IMG/VR virus record: IMGVR_UViG_3300032038_000033
Location: 32,001 to 96,000 of that record
Strand: one strand, 5' to 3'
Source of the DNA: a virus
Lineage: Duplodnaviria > Caudoviricetes
Length of the DNA: 64,000 nucleotides
In this document: piece by piece, positions 48,505 through 58,889 of the stretch
How the letters are laid out: the number at the start of each line of letters is the position of its first letter
Numbering within the stretch: position 1 is the stretch's first letter
The notes under the pieces: generated by a model
Told to the model about the DNA's origin: nothing
The model's database searches: none
What the model saw: only the letters and a program-made list of their open reading frames with translations
Position numbers and translations under genes: made by a program

Positions 48505-48759
48505 ATGAGCTTTAAAGGGTATCTTGATTATACAAAATACTATAAGTCAAATACTAAACTAATTAAATTTAAAGTTGTAAATATTGGAGATGTTTTACAA
48601 AGAGAACTTACAACAGTCATTAAGTTATCTGATAATTATAATTACAATAAAAGAATGAGTGAACAACAAAGTAATGCTTTTTGTTTAAATTCCAGACATT
48701 ATATCGTAGTACACCTAGAAAGTAATTGGGTCTTAGTTAAATCACTAAAAGATTTTTAA
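48505..48759 (+). CDS. Hypothetical protein
   Basis: RBS. Confidence 0.5.
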   Translation: MSFKGYLDYTKYYKSNTKLIKFKVVNIGDVLQRELTTVIKLSDNYNYNKRMSEQQSNAFCLNSRHYIVVHLESNWVLVKSLKDF

Positions 48760-48787
48760 ATAAGATATGTAAAGGGTGTGATAAATA

Positions 48788-48976
48788 ATGATAGAACTAA
48801 TTCCAATTAAAGATAGAAAAGGTAAATGTTGTCTTTGTGGCTCTGAGTTTATAAAATATAGAATTATATATAGAACAACTACAAGAGATGTGTGTAATGT
48901 TTGTGCTTTGGTCCATTTATATATAAGTGAAGACATAAAAACTGTAAGTGAATTGAATGAAAAACATCAAAGTTAA
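48788..48976 (+). CDS. Small Zn-finger protein
   Basis: CCLCG ... CNVC. Confidence 0.5.
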   Translation: MIELIPIKDRKGKCCLCGSEFIKYRIIYRTTTRDVCNVCALVHLYISEDIKTVSELNEKHQS

Positions 48977-49089
48977 TATTAAGTTTACAAATTTAATAAG
49001 ATTTTGCAACATTTATTTGTTATAATAATATACTAATATAAAACATTTTGTAATTATGTAGAAATAGATTGCTAAGAGGTGTAAAATTT

Positions 49090-49371
49090 ATGGATGTAAG
49101 ATGTTTCAAAGACTTTAAAAATGTAATCTTATCAAATATTCCAGAAGGAAAGAAAGATAAAATATATTTTTCATCTTCTAAATCTTTATGGATATGTTCT
49201 TATCAACCCAATTATCCTAATTATTGTAAGAAAGATTGGGTAGCATTTTGTAATTTTATTAAGGATAAATTTTATGTAAATTATGTTATTTCCGGTAAGG
49301 CAAAAACTAAGCATTATAAAAATATAAATGAGTTTATTACAGACATTAAGAATTGGACAGTTATTGAATAA
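49090..49371 (+). CDS. Hypothetical protein
   Basis: RBS GAGGTG. Confidence 0.5.
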   Translation: MDVRCFKDFKNVILSNIPEGKKDKIYFSSSKSLWICSYQPNYPNYCKKDWVAFCNFIKDKFYVNYVISGKAKTKHYKNINEFITDIKNWTVIE

Positions 49372-49381
49372 GGAGAAAAAT

Positions 49382-49831
49382 ATGATAATTATAAATGATA
49401 CTGATTATATTTATGAAGAAGCTAATCGAATTAAAGACGGTAAAGAACCTTTAGATAGAAATAGACTTCATCAATATTTACTTGATGAAAGTAAGTCAGA
49501 TAAGAGAGCTGCTAAGAGTTATCTAAAAGTTCTTATGTTACATTTACTTAAATGTATTTATCAGTCTGAGAAAACTTCAAGAAGTTGGCATCAATCTATT
49601 GTAAATTCTTATAATGATTTTTATGATTGTGCGGAAGATAGTGAGTTAGTTTTGTCTTATATTAAAGATAATTTTAATGTAATTTATAATCAGGCAAGAA
49701 CTAATGCTTATTATGAAACTGGCTTACCCTTAAATACTTTTCCTAAAGACAATATATTTAATTTAACTGATTTGTTAAATGAAGATTGGATTTTGGAATT
49801 TCTTGAAGAACACCCAGTAGCTAAATGGTAA
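49382..49831 (+). CDS. DUF29-like protein
   Basis: L.VL..HLLK..YQ....SRSW..SI ... Y..AR..A..ETGLP...FP. Confidence 0.75.
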   Translation: MIIINDTDYIYEEANRIKDGKEPLDRNRLHQYLLDESKSDKRAAKSYLKVLMLHLLKCIYQSEKTSRSWHQSIVNSYNDFYDCAEDSELVLSYIKDNFNVIYNQARTNAYYETGLPLNTFPKDNIFNLTDLLNEDWILEFLEEHPVAKW

Positions 49832-49881
49832 TGTTAATTTGTTTTTATGAATCAGCTTAGAGAATATTAAGGAGAATAATT

Positions 49882-50475
49882 ATGATAAGGAATCATATAA
49901 AAGAGTGGGTGGGCGACTTAGGTAAGATAGAATTAACAGAAGAAAGAATAGAAAAGATTAAGTCAGCTTGTCATTTAAACGAAGTTGACCTTAATCTTAT
50001 TTACATATTTCCGATTATGCTTTGCCATAATGATATTGATGTGGATTATGAAGCCTTTACAGATAATGCTCTGGAACAGCTTAGTGACTTATATGTAGGC
50101 AGACATGGATTTGTTGATAATTTTAATTTCGATAATGCAAGAATTTTTGATACTAAGATTGTACAGCCTAATAAAAATCATTTCTTTAAGTATGTTCTTG
50201 CAGAAGTTGTTTTGTTTAAAAATGAACATACAGAGAAAGTTATTAACTACATAGAAAATACTCCACTTATTGAAATCTCTATTGCTTGTTCTGTAAAAGA
50301 TAGAAGATGTAGCATTTGTGGAAAACAAATCTACGAGTGCAAACATTTAAAAGGTAGTTACTATGATACAAAGTTAGGTGATGATGAATTATGTTTCGCA
50401 GAACTGGATAATGTTACAGATGTTTACGAATGGGCATTTGTAGAGCCTTGTGATAATGATACAGAAGAGAGTTGA
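49882..50475 (+). CDS. Prohead-protease-like domain protein, probably degenerate
   Basis: LCHNDID...E.F...AL..L...YVG, ARIF, EIS..C....CSICG, CKH.KG, YEW.FV; lacks the usual DH and E.SFV..PA residues. Confidence 0.45.
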   Translation: MIRNHIKEWVGDLGKIELTEERIEKIKSACHLNEVDLNLIYIFPIMLCHNDIDVDYEAFTDNALEQLSDLYVGRHGFVDNFNFDNARIFDTKIVQPNKNHFFKYVLAEVVLFKNEHTEKVINYIENTPLIEISIACSVKDRRCSICGKQIYECKHLKGSYYDTKLGDDELCFAELDNVTDVYEWAFVEPCDNDTEES

Positions 50476-50482
50476 TACATAA

Positions 50483-51553
50483 ATGAGTTTTAATTTAGAC
50501 GGGGATAATAAATTTTCTATTGTTGGTACAATGCTTCATAATAATGGTAATAGATTATCCAGTTGTGAAATTCAAAAAAGAAAGTTTTTGTATCTTGAAG
50601 GTCTGATTAGATTTCTTGAACTTTATGCTAATAATGAAATTAGTAGTGAAATAGAAGTTGATATTGAAAAAGTTGCTTTATGGATAAACAGTCCGTTCTT
50701 TGAGAATGTCGATATTTATAAGATAAAAAGTATAAGTTCTGTTTACAAAATGATTTCTAATGACCTCATTAAAAACAATATTCCGCTATATAGATTTTTA
50801 AGGCTTGACTTATACAAACTTAGAATATTTGAGCAGGAGCATTATGAAAGTCTTGTAAAAGATTTTAAGGCTCATTGTGAGAAATATCCTTGTTTAAAAT
50901 GTGTTTGGTACGAGGTAGCTGAAACTGATTTTGGAAGACTTAGTAATTGTAAATGTCCTAAAGATGATTTAAGTGGGAAAATATCTTGGCATAGACAAGG
51001 TTATCACGATATAACACTTAAAAAGAATCGAACCTGTAAATACATTACTACAATAGATAATATGGATGAGTTTATATATAAATATGTAGTAAATAATGAT
51101 AAAATTTTAAATTGTGGTTCTCACGGCAAGAAAGAGATTTCTAAAAATGCTGAAAAGTTGGCAAAAATATGGAAAGAGAACTTAGATAATCTTGATAATT
51201 CTTATATTCCAGTAACAATTCCAGATTCTTTAAAAGTAGATTTAACTTCAAAACCCGATGCCTTTGAAGAATTAGGTAGAGCCTTCCGTAACAAACGAAG
51301 CATAAAAGAAATGCAGAATAATTTAAGATTTGCTATGTTCTTAGAAGCTATGATTAAGTTTGTAGAGGTTTATGCACAAATAGAAATTGGTAATGATTAT
51401 TATGCTGACATATCAAAAATCGCCAAATATGTAAATGATAATTCTTTTGAGTTTGAGTTTACTAATAGGGAACAAGTTTATAAAAATCTCGAAGAACTTG
51501 CTATAAATTATCCTAATAAGATAAGAACATTTATAAAGAGAAAACCGAATTAG
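50483..51553 (+). CDS. Hypothetical protein with Cys cluster and internal repeat
   Basis: FLYLEGLIRFLELYA / AMFLEAMIKFVEVYA repeat; CLKC. Confidence 0.6.
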   Translation: MSFNLDGDNKFSIVGTMLHNNGNRLSSCEIQKRKFLYLEGLIRFLELYANNEISSEIEVDIEKVALWINSPFFENVDIYKIKSISSVYKMISNDLIKNNIPLYRFLRLDLYKLRIFEQEHYESLVKDFKAHCEKYPCLKCVWYEVAETDFGRLSNCKCPKDDLSGKISWHRQGYHDITLKKNRTCKYITTIDNMDEFIYKYVVNNDKILNCGSHGKKEISKNAEKLAKIWKENLDNLDNSYIPVTIPDSLKVDLTSKPDAFEELGRAFRNKRSIKEMQNNLRFAMFLEAMIKFVEVYAQIEIGNDYYADISKIAKYVNDNSFEFEFTNREQVYKNLEELAINYPNKIRTFIKRKPN

Positions 51554-51680
51554 ATTTAGACAAAAAAGTTATTGAATTTATAATACAAAAAAAAACAACC
51601 ACTTTCCGCCACACACAAACTAATATTGTAGATAATTATTCTATGTTATTAGTTTATGATAAAGAAAGGATTTTAATATT

Positions 51681-52100
51681 ATGGTAAAGAAACTTAAATT
51701 AAGAGAAAGTGTTGGTTATATTGAAAGTAGAGATGACTTACTTAAAATTGAAGTAACGCCTAAATTAAGTGCGTTAAAAATGTTTGTTGAAACTTTATTT
51801 GAATATGTGATAGATAGTTATGATGATTTCAGAAATCTGCAAGTTACAAGAGTTTTAACAAACAATCAGTATTCACCTACCGTATATGTGTATTTAAATT
51901 GTAAAACTGTATATACTAATAAAACTAAAAATGTAAAATTGTTCTGTAATTTAATTATAGGTGATGAATTAATGTTACGCATAGCAAGCTATGATGACGA
52001 TATTGATATAACGATAACTATTGAATATGATGGCGATATTATTTATCCAGATAAACCAGTTTATGAATTACTAAAAACAATATTTAAGTCTTATATATAA
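51681..52100 (+). CDS. Tagged protein (MVKKLKLRE)
   Basis: A-tract plus ACTAATATT upstream; AGAAAGGA RBS. Confidence 0.65.
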   Translation: MVKKLKLRESVGYIESRDDLLKIEVTPKLSALKMFVETLFEYVIDSYDDFRNLQVTRVLTNNQYSPTVYVYLNCKTVYTNKTKNVKLFCNLIIGDELMLRIASYDDDIDITITIEYDGDIIYPDKPVYELLKTIFKSYI

Positions 52101-52229
52101 ACTTATAAAATTTATAACACAAAAAAAAACAAACAATATTGAAATAAAACAACTAATATTAAAGAACACATATCGTTCTTGATTATTAGTTGTTTTTATT
52201 TTTTTTATTAGAAAGGATTTGTTTTTATT

Positions 52230-52483
52230 ATGGTTAGAAAGTATAACAAAAATAGGAATTTAAGAGAGTCATATTATGGTAAAAGTATAACTATCGGTGA
52301 TGTATTAGATTGTTTAATTGATATTTAATTGATAGTTGTGTTATTGCAATTTATGATTCTATGGGAGAAAGAGAAATATTTAGAGGTTGGTCTGATGACG
52401 TTGATGACGATTTGGCAAACACTGAAATAGATACTATTAACGTTGTTGATAAACGTTCTCCTATACTCACTTTTAATATTTAA
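52230..52483 (+). pseudogene. Tagged protein (RNLRE) frameshifted by an 11-bp tandem duplication
   Basis: TTTAATTGATA x2 at 52313-52334; removing one copy restores an 80-aa ORF. Confidence 0.75.
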
Positions 52484-52651
52484 TTTTTTAATTACTTGAT
52501 TTAAAAAAAATTACAGACTACTAAATGGTCTGTAATTTTTTTTTTGCCTATAACATTTATACTTTGTTTACAAATAAAATAAGTAGTATTAATATTTATA
52601 TGTTATACTATAAGTACAGTAAAAAAACCAAGTGTAACGGAGGTAAGAATT

Positions 52652-52975
52652 ATGGCAAAGAATTATGATGCATTTTATGGTATTGCAAATCTTGTTCAGG
52701 CAGTTAATGAATTAAATAGACTAAAGAAAAGAGTGAAAAAACTTGAAGAAGAGAATAAAAAATTAAGAAAACATATTAAAGAGACTAAGATATATATTGT
52801 TACTGGTGGTTGTGTTACAGATTATCATAATGTTGCCGCATTTACTAATAAGAAATTAGCAGAAACTTTTGCCATAGACTATAAGAAGAAAAATCCTTGT
52901 GAAGATGTTGATGTGGAAGAATATGTTTGGAAAGAAAATGCCTATAAAAAAGAAATTGATACAGGAGTGATTTAA
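52652..52975 (+). CDS. Early hypothetical protein
   Basis: Dyad-box promoter; GGAGG RBS. Confidence 0.6.
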   Translation: MAKNYDAFYGIANLVQAVNELNRLKKRVKKLEEENKKLRKHIKETKIYIVTGGCVTDYHNVAAFTNKKLAETFAIDYKKKNPCEDVDVEEYVWKENAYKKEIDTGVI

Positions 52976-52976
52976 A

Positions 52977-53249
52977 ATGACAAAGATTACAAAAGAAATG
53001 GTAAATAAACTTAATGACGAACTTAATAATTTAGGTGTAGGCTTTATATATGAGTTGTATGATGAAGATACGATATTTCCGTATATAAAAATTACAGTTA
53101 AAGATAAACCAAAGTGGATAAATGTTTGTGATGTTTATTGTACTGATGAATACTTTAAATGGCTTGAAAATTGGTTCACTACTAATTATAATATTACTCT
53201 TGTGTATAATAATACTGGAATGATAATATGGTCTAACAATTATGTTTGA
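52977..53249 (+). CDS. Hypothetical protein
   Basis: Operon ORF. Confidence 0.55.
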   Translation: MTKITKEMVNKLNDELNNLGVGFIYELYDEDTIFPYIKITVKDKPKWINVCDVYCTDEYFKWLENWFTTNYNITLVYNNTGMIIWSNNYV

Positions 53250-53303
53250 TAATAAAGTTGCGTATATGTTGGTCTGTAAGTGACTAAGGGGAGTTGATAG
53301 AAA

Positions 53304-53534
53304 ATGAATAAAAGCAGATTTGATGATTGTGTCTTTTGTGCTTACAATCATAAATGTGGAATTTTAGAGAAAACAACTTGTACTGAAAATAAGAAATCTG
53401 AATGTACTTTTTATAAAACAGAAGTAGAATTTATTGAAGGTAGAAATAAAGCCAACAGACTTTTAACTGCTAAAGGAAAGAAAGTTGCAATAATAGATAA
53501 CGTAGTAACTACTGTTCCACTTGATGAATTTTAA
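53304..53534 (+). CDS. Small Cys-rich protein
   Basis: CVFC..C..C..CTFYKT. Confidence 0.55.
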   Translation: MNKSRFDDCVFCAYNHKCGILEKTTCTENKKSECTFYKTEVEFIEGRNKANRLLTAKGKKVAIIDNVVTTVPLDEF

Positions 53535-53552
53535 AGGTAAGGAGTAATTTTT

Positions 53553-53819
53553 ATGAGTATAGAACTTTGCCCCATATGTGGTTATAGTATCACATCTAAC
53601 GAAAATGCTTTAGGATGTCAGTGTATGTTTGAGGGTTCTTGTCACTCACATAGGGATAAAATGCAAGAAGTAGTGTTTAGTCATTTGTATCTTCTTTCTC
53701 CAAAACAACTTGAACATATTGTAAAGTTACAGGAAAAACAGCAGATAAGTTATACGGATAAGGAAAGGCAAAGTTGTTTAAATATCTTAATAAAGAACGG
53801 AGAAATTAAAAATGTCTAA
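53553..53819 (+). CDS. Small Zn-binding protein
   Basis: CPICG..CQC..C.H. Confidence 0.55.
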   Translation: MSIELCPICGYSITSNENALGCQCMFEGSCHSHRDKMQEVVFSHLYLLSPKQLEHIVKLQEKQQISYTDKERQSCLNILIKNGEIKNV

Positions 53820-54084
53820 TAAAAAATTGTACATAACAACAGCACGAATATTAAATGGTGGTTATGATAATATGCTTGAATATAATACTATCATAAGAAA
53901 TTCCTCTATGAGAAATATGATATTAAATAAGGATGAAAATGGAAACTGGTTTATATGTTTGGCTTCAATTGAGAACCTATTTAAATTTTCTGAGATTATA
54001 GGTATGTCTTTAGTTATTTGTCCTAAATTCAAGAACGATAAAGATTATGTAATTGTAAAAGACGATTTTGCTGATTATATTTAA
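53812..54084 (+). CDS. Hypothetical protein
   Basis: Operon ORF. Confidence 0.5.
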   Translation: MSNKKLYITTARILNGGYDNMLEYNTIIRNSSMRNMILNKDENGNWFICLASIENLFKFSEIIGMSLVICPKFKNDKDYVIVKDDFADYI

Positions 54085-54396
54085 AATTAAATTTAAAGTA
54101 AAGATAATTATGGCACAACCAATGTCTGATTGATATAAAGAAAAAGGTATATGGAGATATGTGATGTTAGTACAAATAAAGTAAAGGAGATGGCATTATG
54201 AAAAAGATGAATAAGAAAGAAAAACAGGATAGAAAACCTTTAATGCCTTCTCCGAAAGTTTATAGAAACAAAAAGAAATTTAGTAAGAAATTTGCTTGTA
54301 GAAAGAAAGGAGAAAAATTGTAATTTTATTGTTACAATCAATCATATCATCACACTACTAATAATAAATAAAAAAAATAGAAAGGATTTGATTATA

Positions 54397-54759
54397 ATGA
54401 TAATCATTAAAGAAGCCGTTGAAAATGATATTAATTATTATATAAAAGAACTTGAAAATATATTTTATACTTGGGAGATAAATAATTTCTATTATAAAAC
54501 TCCGGGTAATTTATATTTTGAAGCTGGTTATTATGTAGGTGATGATATTGGTTCTATAACGATTAGATACAGTAATAAAATCATTACTTGTGAATTTAGT
54601 GATAAGACATTTGATATAAATGAAAATAGTTATAATAAAATGCTTACTGCTCTTAACAATATACATAAGTATTCTATTGACTATATAAAAGAATGTTTAG
54701 ACACTGTTCTTGATATATGTAGAAATATGGGTGAAGCTGAAATTAATTTCTTAGCCTAA
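54397..54759 (+). CDS. Tagged protein (MIIIKE)
   Basis: ACTACTAATA at 54354; AGAAAGGA RBS. Confidence 0.65.
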   Translation: MIIIKEAVENDINYYIKELENIFYTWEINNFYYKTPGNLYFEAGYYVGDDIGSITIRYSNKIITCEFSDKTFDINENSYNKMLTALNNIHKYSIDYIKECLDTVLDICRNMGEAEINFLA

Positions 54760-54923
54760 TATTCTATGATATGTAAATATTTTTTAAAAAAGTGGCTCTA
54801 TTGATTAGGGCTACTTTTTATGTTTATCTTTAAATTTAACAATTTGTTTATATAAAAACAATACTTTTTTAACTTATTTAGTATATAATTACTATATAAT
54901 AATTTATAGGAGTTGATACTTTT

Positions 54924-55364
54924 ATGATAGCTAAAATTAAGAAACTTAAACCTAATGCTATAATACCTACTAAGGGTTCTAAGTATGCTGCTGGATATGA
55001 TTTATATGCTTGTCTTGATGAAGATTCCATAGCAATCAATACTCACGAAACTAAAATGATAGGTACTGGTATAGCAATAACTCCACCTAAAGGATATTTT
55101 GGTGCTATATTTGCTCGAAGTGGCTTATCAATTAAGCAAGGACTTAGACCCCAGAACTGTGTAGGAGTTTGTGATGAGGACTATACGGGTGAATATATTG
55201 TAGCATTACACAATGACTATGATAATAAAAGAGCTATTATACATAATGGGGATAGAATAGCTCAATTAGTATTTTTACCTTATGTCGATATTACCTTTAA
55301 TGAAGTTAATGAATTAGAAGAAACGGAAAGAGCTGACGGTGGTTTTGGTTCAACTGGTAAATAA
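54924..55364 (+). CDS. dut: Trimeric dUTPase
   Basis: AAGYDL, ARSG, G..D.DY.GE, RIAQ, R..GGFGSTG. Confidence 0.95.
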   Translation: MIAKIKKLKPNAIIPTKGSKYAAGYDLYACLDEDSIAINTHETKMIGTGIAITPPKGYFGAIFARSGLSIKQGLRPQNCVGVCDEDYTGEYIVALHNDYDNKRAIIHNGDRIAQLVFLPYVDITFNEVNELEETERADGGFGSTGK

Positions 55365-55476
55365 ATCTAATTTATTTTATGTTTGTGTTCTAAGTAAAGA
55401 AAAGCACTGATTTCTTTACTTAGAATTTATAAACTTACTATAAGTAAAGTAAACTTTAATTAGAAGGTGAGTAAGA

Positions 55477-55866
55477 TTGAGTTTAGATGATAAGCCTGAG
55501 CGTATTATGATTTCTGTATATCCTGAATATGCTGACAAACTTATAAAGGGTACTAAAATATACGAGTTTAGAAAAACTGCACCTAAAAGAATTGTTCATA
55601 AGATTGTTCTTTATGAAACAAAACCTATAGGACTTGTAACTGCGGAAGCAGAAGTAACTGGACTTTGTGTAGGAACACCTGAAATGATTTGGGAACATTG
55701 TAAAAACGGTGCAGGAATGACTAAAGATGAATTTTTTGAATACTATGGAGATGCTAAAGAAGCCGTAGCTTATAGAATTGGTAGATTAGAACTATTCAAT
55801 GAACCCTTAACTTTACAAGATTATAATTTAAAATGTCCACCACAAAATTTTGTTTATTTGGACTGA
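55477..55866 (+). CDS. ASCH domain protein
   Basis: S..P.YA..L..G.K.YEFRK ... PPQNF.YL. Confidence 0.8.
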   Translation: MSLDDKPERIMISVYPEYADKLIKGTKIYEFRKTAPKRIVHKIVLYETKPIGLVTAEAEVTGLCVGTPEMIWEHCKNGAGMTKDEFFEYYGDAKEAVAYRIGRLELFNEPLTLQDYNLKCPPQNFVYLD

Positions 55867-56147
55867 TGACTATGAAAGTGTATAAAATTTCAAATAGAAT
55901 AAGTTACAATAAAACTAATTATAACAAAAACAGAAATAAAAAAGAAAATAGTTTTGATAACGATTTTGAAATTATGTTAGACCAAGAGTATGAAAAATTA
56001 GGTGAAAATGATGACAGTATTAGACGAAGCAATAGACCGACTTACAAATGTACTACAAAACAAACATCTAAGTGAAAAAACAAGACAGGATATTGTTGAA
56101 ACTATAAAATGGCTTATAGAATTTAAAGAAAAATGTGAAAGGAAGTA

Positions 56148-56594
56148 GTGTTTATGTATTTTAAATGTTCAAAAACTTTTATTATCCCTATGATTGATAA
56201 TAATGGTAATAGGTATGGTAAGGATATTAAAGTTAAAAGAGGTAGTATATTTAAAAGTGAAACTCCTATAAGTGAAATTAGAGATACCGATAAATCTGTT
56301 AGACTTAGAGGTGTGAATAGTTTACTTACATTTGATATTGTTAAGAAAGATTTTGTAAGTGTATTTAAGCCTTATTGTCCATCTGAAATTGCCGATAAAA
56401 TTGTAGAGATACTTAATACACAGGAAGGATTTATTAATCTCACTCGTAAAGAAGAAAATGGTGAGGTAGTTTATTATAGAGATAATGGCAGAAAATTTAA
56501 TCTTTGTAATATTCCCGAAAAATATAAGAAGTTAGTTGAAAAATATGATTTCAATAATTATGAATATCCAGATGTAGCTGATTATCTTATTTAA
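56148..56594 (+). CDS. Hypothetical protein
   Basis: Operon ORF. Confidence 0.55.
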   Translation: MFMYFKCSKTFIIPMIDNNGNRYGKDIKVKRGSIFKSETPISEIRDTDKSVRLRGVNSLLTFDIVKKDFVSVFKPYCPSEIADKIVEILNTQEGFINLTRKEENGEVVYYRDNGRKFNLCNIPEKYKKLVEKYDFNNYEYPDVADYLI

Positions 56595-56608
56595 AAGAAG
56601 GAATATAA

Positions 56609-56947
56609 ATGATACGAAGAAAGACCTCAGAGAAACCTTTAAAAGAAGAAAGAGAATTGCACATTAACATTTATATGGACGATAATGATGTTTGGATAGC
56701 CGAACTCTATACTAACATTCACAAATATCATACTCGTTGTATAAAACAAGGTTGGGAACAGATTAGTGAAACAACTCATGTAGACGGTAGTTGGGTAGAC
56801 GGTACTTATCGTGCGCCTGCAAAAGCTATTAGTATAGGCAAAGCAGTTAAGCCTAAGAGAATTATGAGTGAAGAACAAAAGAAAGCTGCTGCTGAACGTA
56901 TGCAAAAGTGGCGTGAAGCTAAGAGTAAGGAGATTAATAATGAGTAG
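56609..56947 (+). CDS. Hypothetical phage protein
   Basis: EERE..I; KR.MSEEQK.AAAERM C-terminus. Confidence 0.65.
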   Translation: MIRRKTSEKPLKEERELHINIYMDDNDVWIAELYTNIHKYHTRCIKQGWEQISETTHVDGSWVDGTYRAPAKAISIGKAVKPKRIMSEEQKKAAAERMQKWREAKSKEINNE

Positions 56948-57167
56948 GTTATTTAATGAAGATGAACACATTTCTGATGTAGTTGAAGAAGATAATATTC
57001 TTAATCCTATTGTTTATGATTTATTTAAACTTATACTAAAAGAAAAGTGTAATCATATTAATTTTAGTCAAAGTTCTATTGATGAAATTATTAGGGATGC
57101 TATTCATTGTGAAGAACTTTTAGCGAAATACAATATTGTGAAAGGAAATAATGAAAATGATAGCTGA
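56940..57167 (+). CDS. Hypothetical protein
   Basis: RBS AAGGAG. Confidence 0.5.
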   Translation: MSRLFNEDEHISDVVEEDNILNPIVYDLFKLILKEKCNHINFSQSSIDEIIRDAIHCEELLAKYNIVKGNNENDS

Positions 57168-57612
57168 TACTATTTTGGGTAGAATAACTGTAATTATGAA
57201 TGTAGAAGATTTTTCTGATTCTGACAAAATTGCTCGTATAAAAGAAGAACTGAATTATTTAAAAGAAGTTATGGACGAAAACTATGAAAAGGATTGGTCT
57301 AAGTTTACTAAAGAAGATGTTGATGATTTAGGTTTTATGCTTTGGACAGACGACCAGTCTATTACAGAAGAAATTGAAAGAATTAATAATGATAAAGATT
57401 ATAGTGCAGAAGAAAAAGAAGAATTAATAGCGAAAACAAATAACACTAAAGGTCTTTATCTTATTCCACAGTATCTTATTAACTGTATTCCAACTGGTAC
57501 TAAATTATACACTATTTTCGGTAATGAAGTCATTTATGACGGCAATAATATTGATGATGATGCTCGATTTGGAGCATTAGCTTATGGCATACATATAAAG
57601 GAGGATAATTAA
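57151..57612 (+). CDS. Hypothetical phage protein
   Basis: LYLIP....IP.G..L..I.G ... DDDARFG.LAYG. Confidence 0.6.
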   Translation: MKMIADTILGRITVIMNVEDFSDSDKIARIKEELNYLKEVMDENYEKDWSKFTKEDVDDLGFMLWTDDQSITEEIERINNDKDYSAEEKEELIAKTNNTKGLYLIPQYLINCIPTGTKLYTIFGNEVIYDGNNIDDDARFGALAYGIHIKEDN

Positions 57613-57614
57613 TT

Positions 57615-57995
57615 ATGAAAGTATTTATTTCACAGCCTATGAAGGACAAGACAGATGAACAGATTAAAGCAGAGAGAACAAGAGCTATTGAAAAGATTAA
57701 AGAATTTCTTAAAGATGAGGAAGATAAGAATATAGAAATTCTTGATAGCTTTTTTGAAGGTGCTCCACACGATGCCAAGCCTTTGTGGTTTTTAGGTAAG
57801 TCTTTTGAAATTCTTTCACAGGCCGATGTAGCCTATTTTGTTTCAGGTTGGGATAATTACAGAGGTTGTAAACTTGAATATGAAGCAGCTTCTGAATACG
57901 GTATTACTACTATCATAGAAACTTATTCCAATAACGATATTATTTATACTAAGGAAAGAACCATTACTGATTACAATGATTTAACTAAAGGATAA
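57615..57995 (+). CDS. DUF4406 / nucleoside deoxyribosyltransferase-like protein
   Basis: KVFISQPM ... AD..YF..GW...RGC..E..AA. Confidence 0.75.
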   Translation: MKVFISQPMKDKTDEQIKAERTRAIEKIKEFLKDEEDKNIEILDSFFEGAPHDAKPLWFLGKSFEILSQADVAYFVSGWDNYRGCKLEYEAASEYGITTIIETYSNNDIIYTKERTITDYNDLTKG

Positions 57996-58001
57996 GTTAA
58001 A

Positions 58002-58889
58002 ATGAAAGAAGTAGTTGATTTTAAAGGAATTAAGTACAATAGTATAAATCAAATGTGTAAGGCATATAATATTGACCCTTGTACTTTTAATGAAAGACTT
58101 AGAAGAGGTTATAATTTAGAAAAAGCTTTAACTTTTCCTATCACATCACCTTCAAAATCTATTGTAGACTTTGAAGGTAATAGGTTTGATAGCATTACTA
58201 ATATGTGTAAGTATTACAATATAAGTGTAGTTACTTATAGAGCGAGATTACGCAGTGGTTGGGATTTAAAGAAAATTTTAACCACTCCTATTGGATATAA
58301 TTATATTACTGCTACAGATTTTAATGGTAATAAGTATAGGAGCGTTGCTTATATGTGTAGTCATTTTGGTATTCCAAGAAAGAGTTATATTTATAGAATT
58401 AATAATGGTTGGTCACAAAAAGAAGCTTTAACTATTCCAGTTGGATGTAAGCCACCTATAAATGAAAGACTAAGTAATGTAGTCAAGCAAACATATAATG
58501 TTAATTCTGAAGAATTTCAAGAACGTAAGTATTTATCAGTTGTTATATTAAATCCACAAACACAGGAAAAGATACAGGTTATTACCGACTATAAAGGGAA
58601 TGTATTTTCTTCTAAATCTAAATTACTTAAACATTATGATGTTTATGATAAATGGTTTGATAATAAATTAGTCAAGGAAGGTCTTAAAGCTGCCTTAACA
58701 AGAAAACAAATTAAAGACCATTTAGGTAATGTTTATAGTTCTAAGACAGCTATGTATAAAGCATATGGACTTAAAAAGCAAACTGCTGAATTTCGTTTAG
58801 AAAGAGGTTGGACTTTAGAACAAACTCTAACAACACCAGTAAATCAAAAACCTAAAAGAGTACCTAATTATGTGACAATAGTTAAGTAA
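58002..58889 (+). CDS. Tandem HTH-like repeat DNA-binding protein
   Basis: About five repeats of D..G..Y.S...MC..Y.I...T...RL..GW.L...LT.P. Confidence 0.7.
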   Translation: MKEVVDFKGIKYNSINQMCKAYNIDPCTFNERLRRGYNLEKALTFPITSPSKSIVDFEGNRFDSITNMCKYYNISVVTYRARLRSGWDLKKILTTPIGYNYITATDFNGNKYRSVAYMCSHFGIPRKSYIYRINNGWSQKEALTIPVGCKPPINERLSNVVKQTYNVNSEEFQERKYLSVVILNPQTQEKIQVITDYKGNVFSSKSKLLKHYDVYDKWFDNKLVKEGLKAALTRKQIKDHLGNVYSSKTAMYKAYGLKKQTAEFRLERGWTLEQTLTTPVNQKPKRVPNYVTIVK

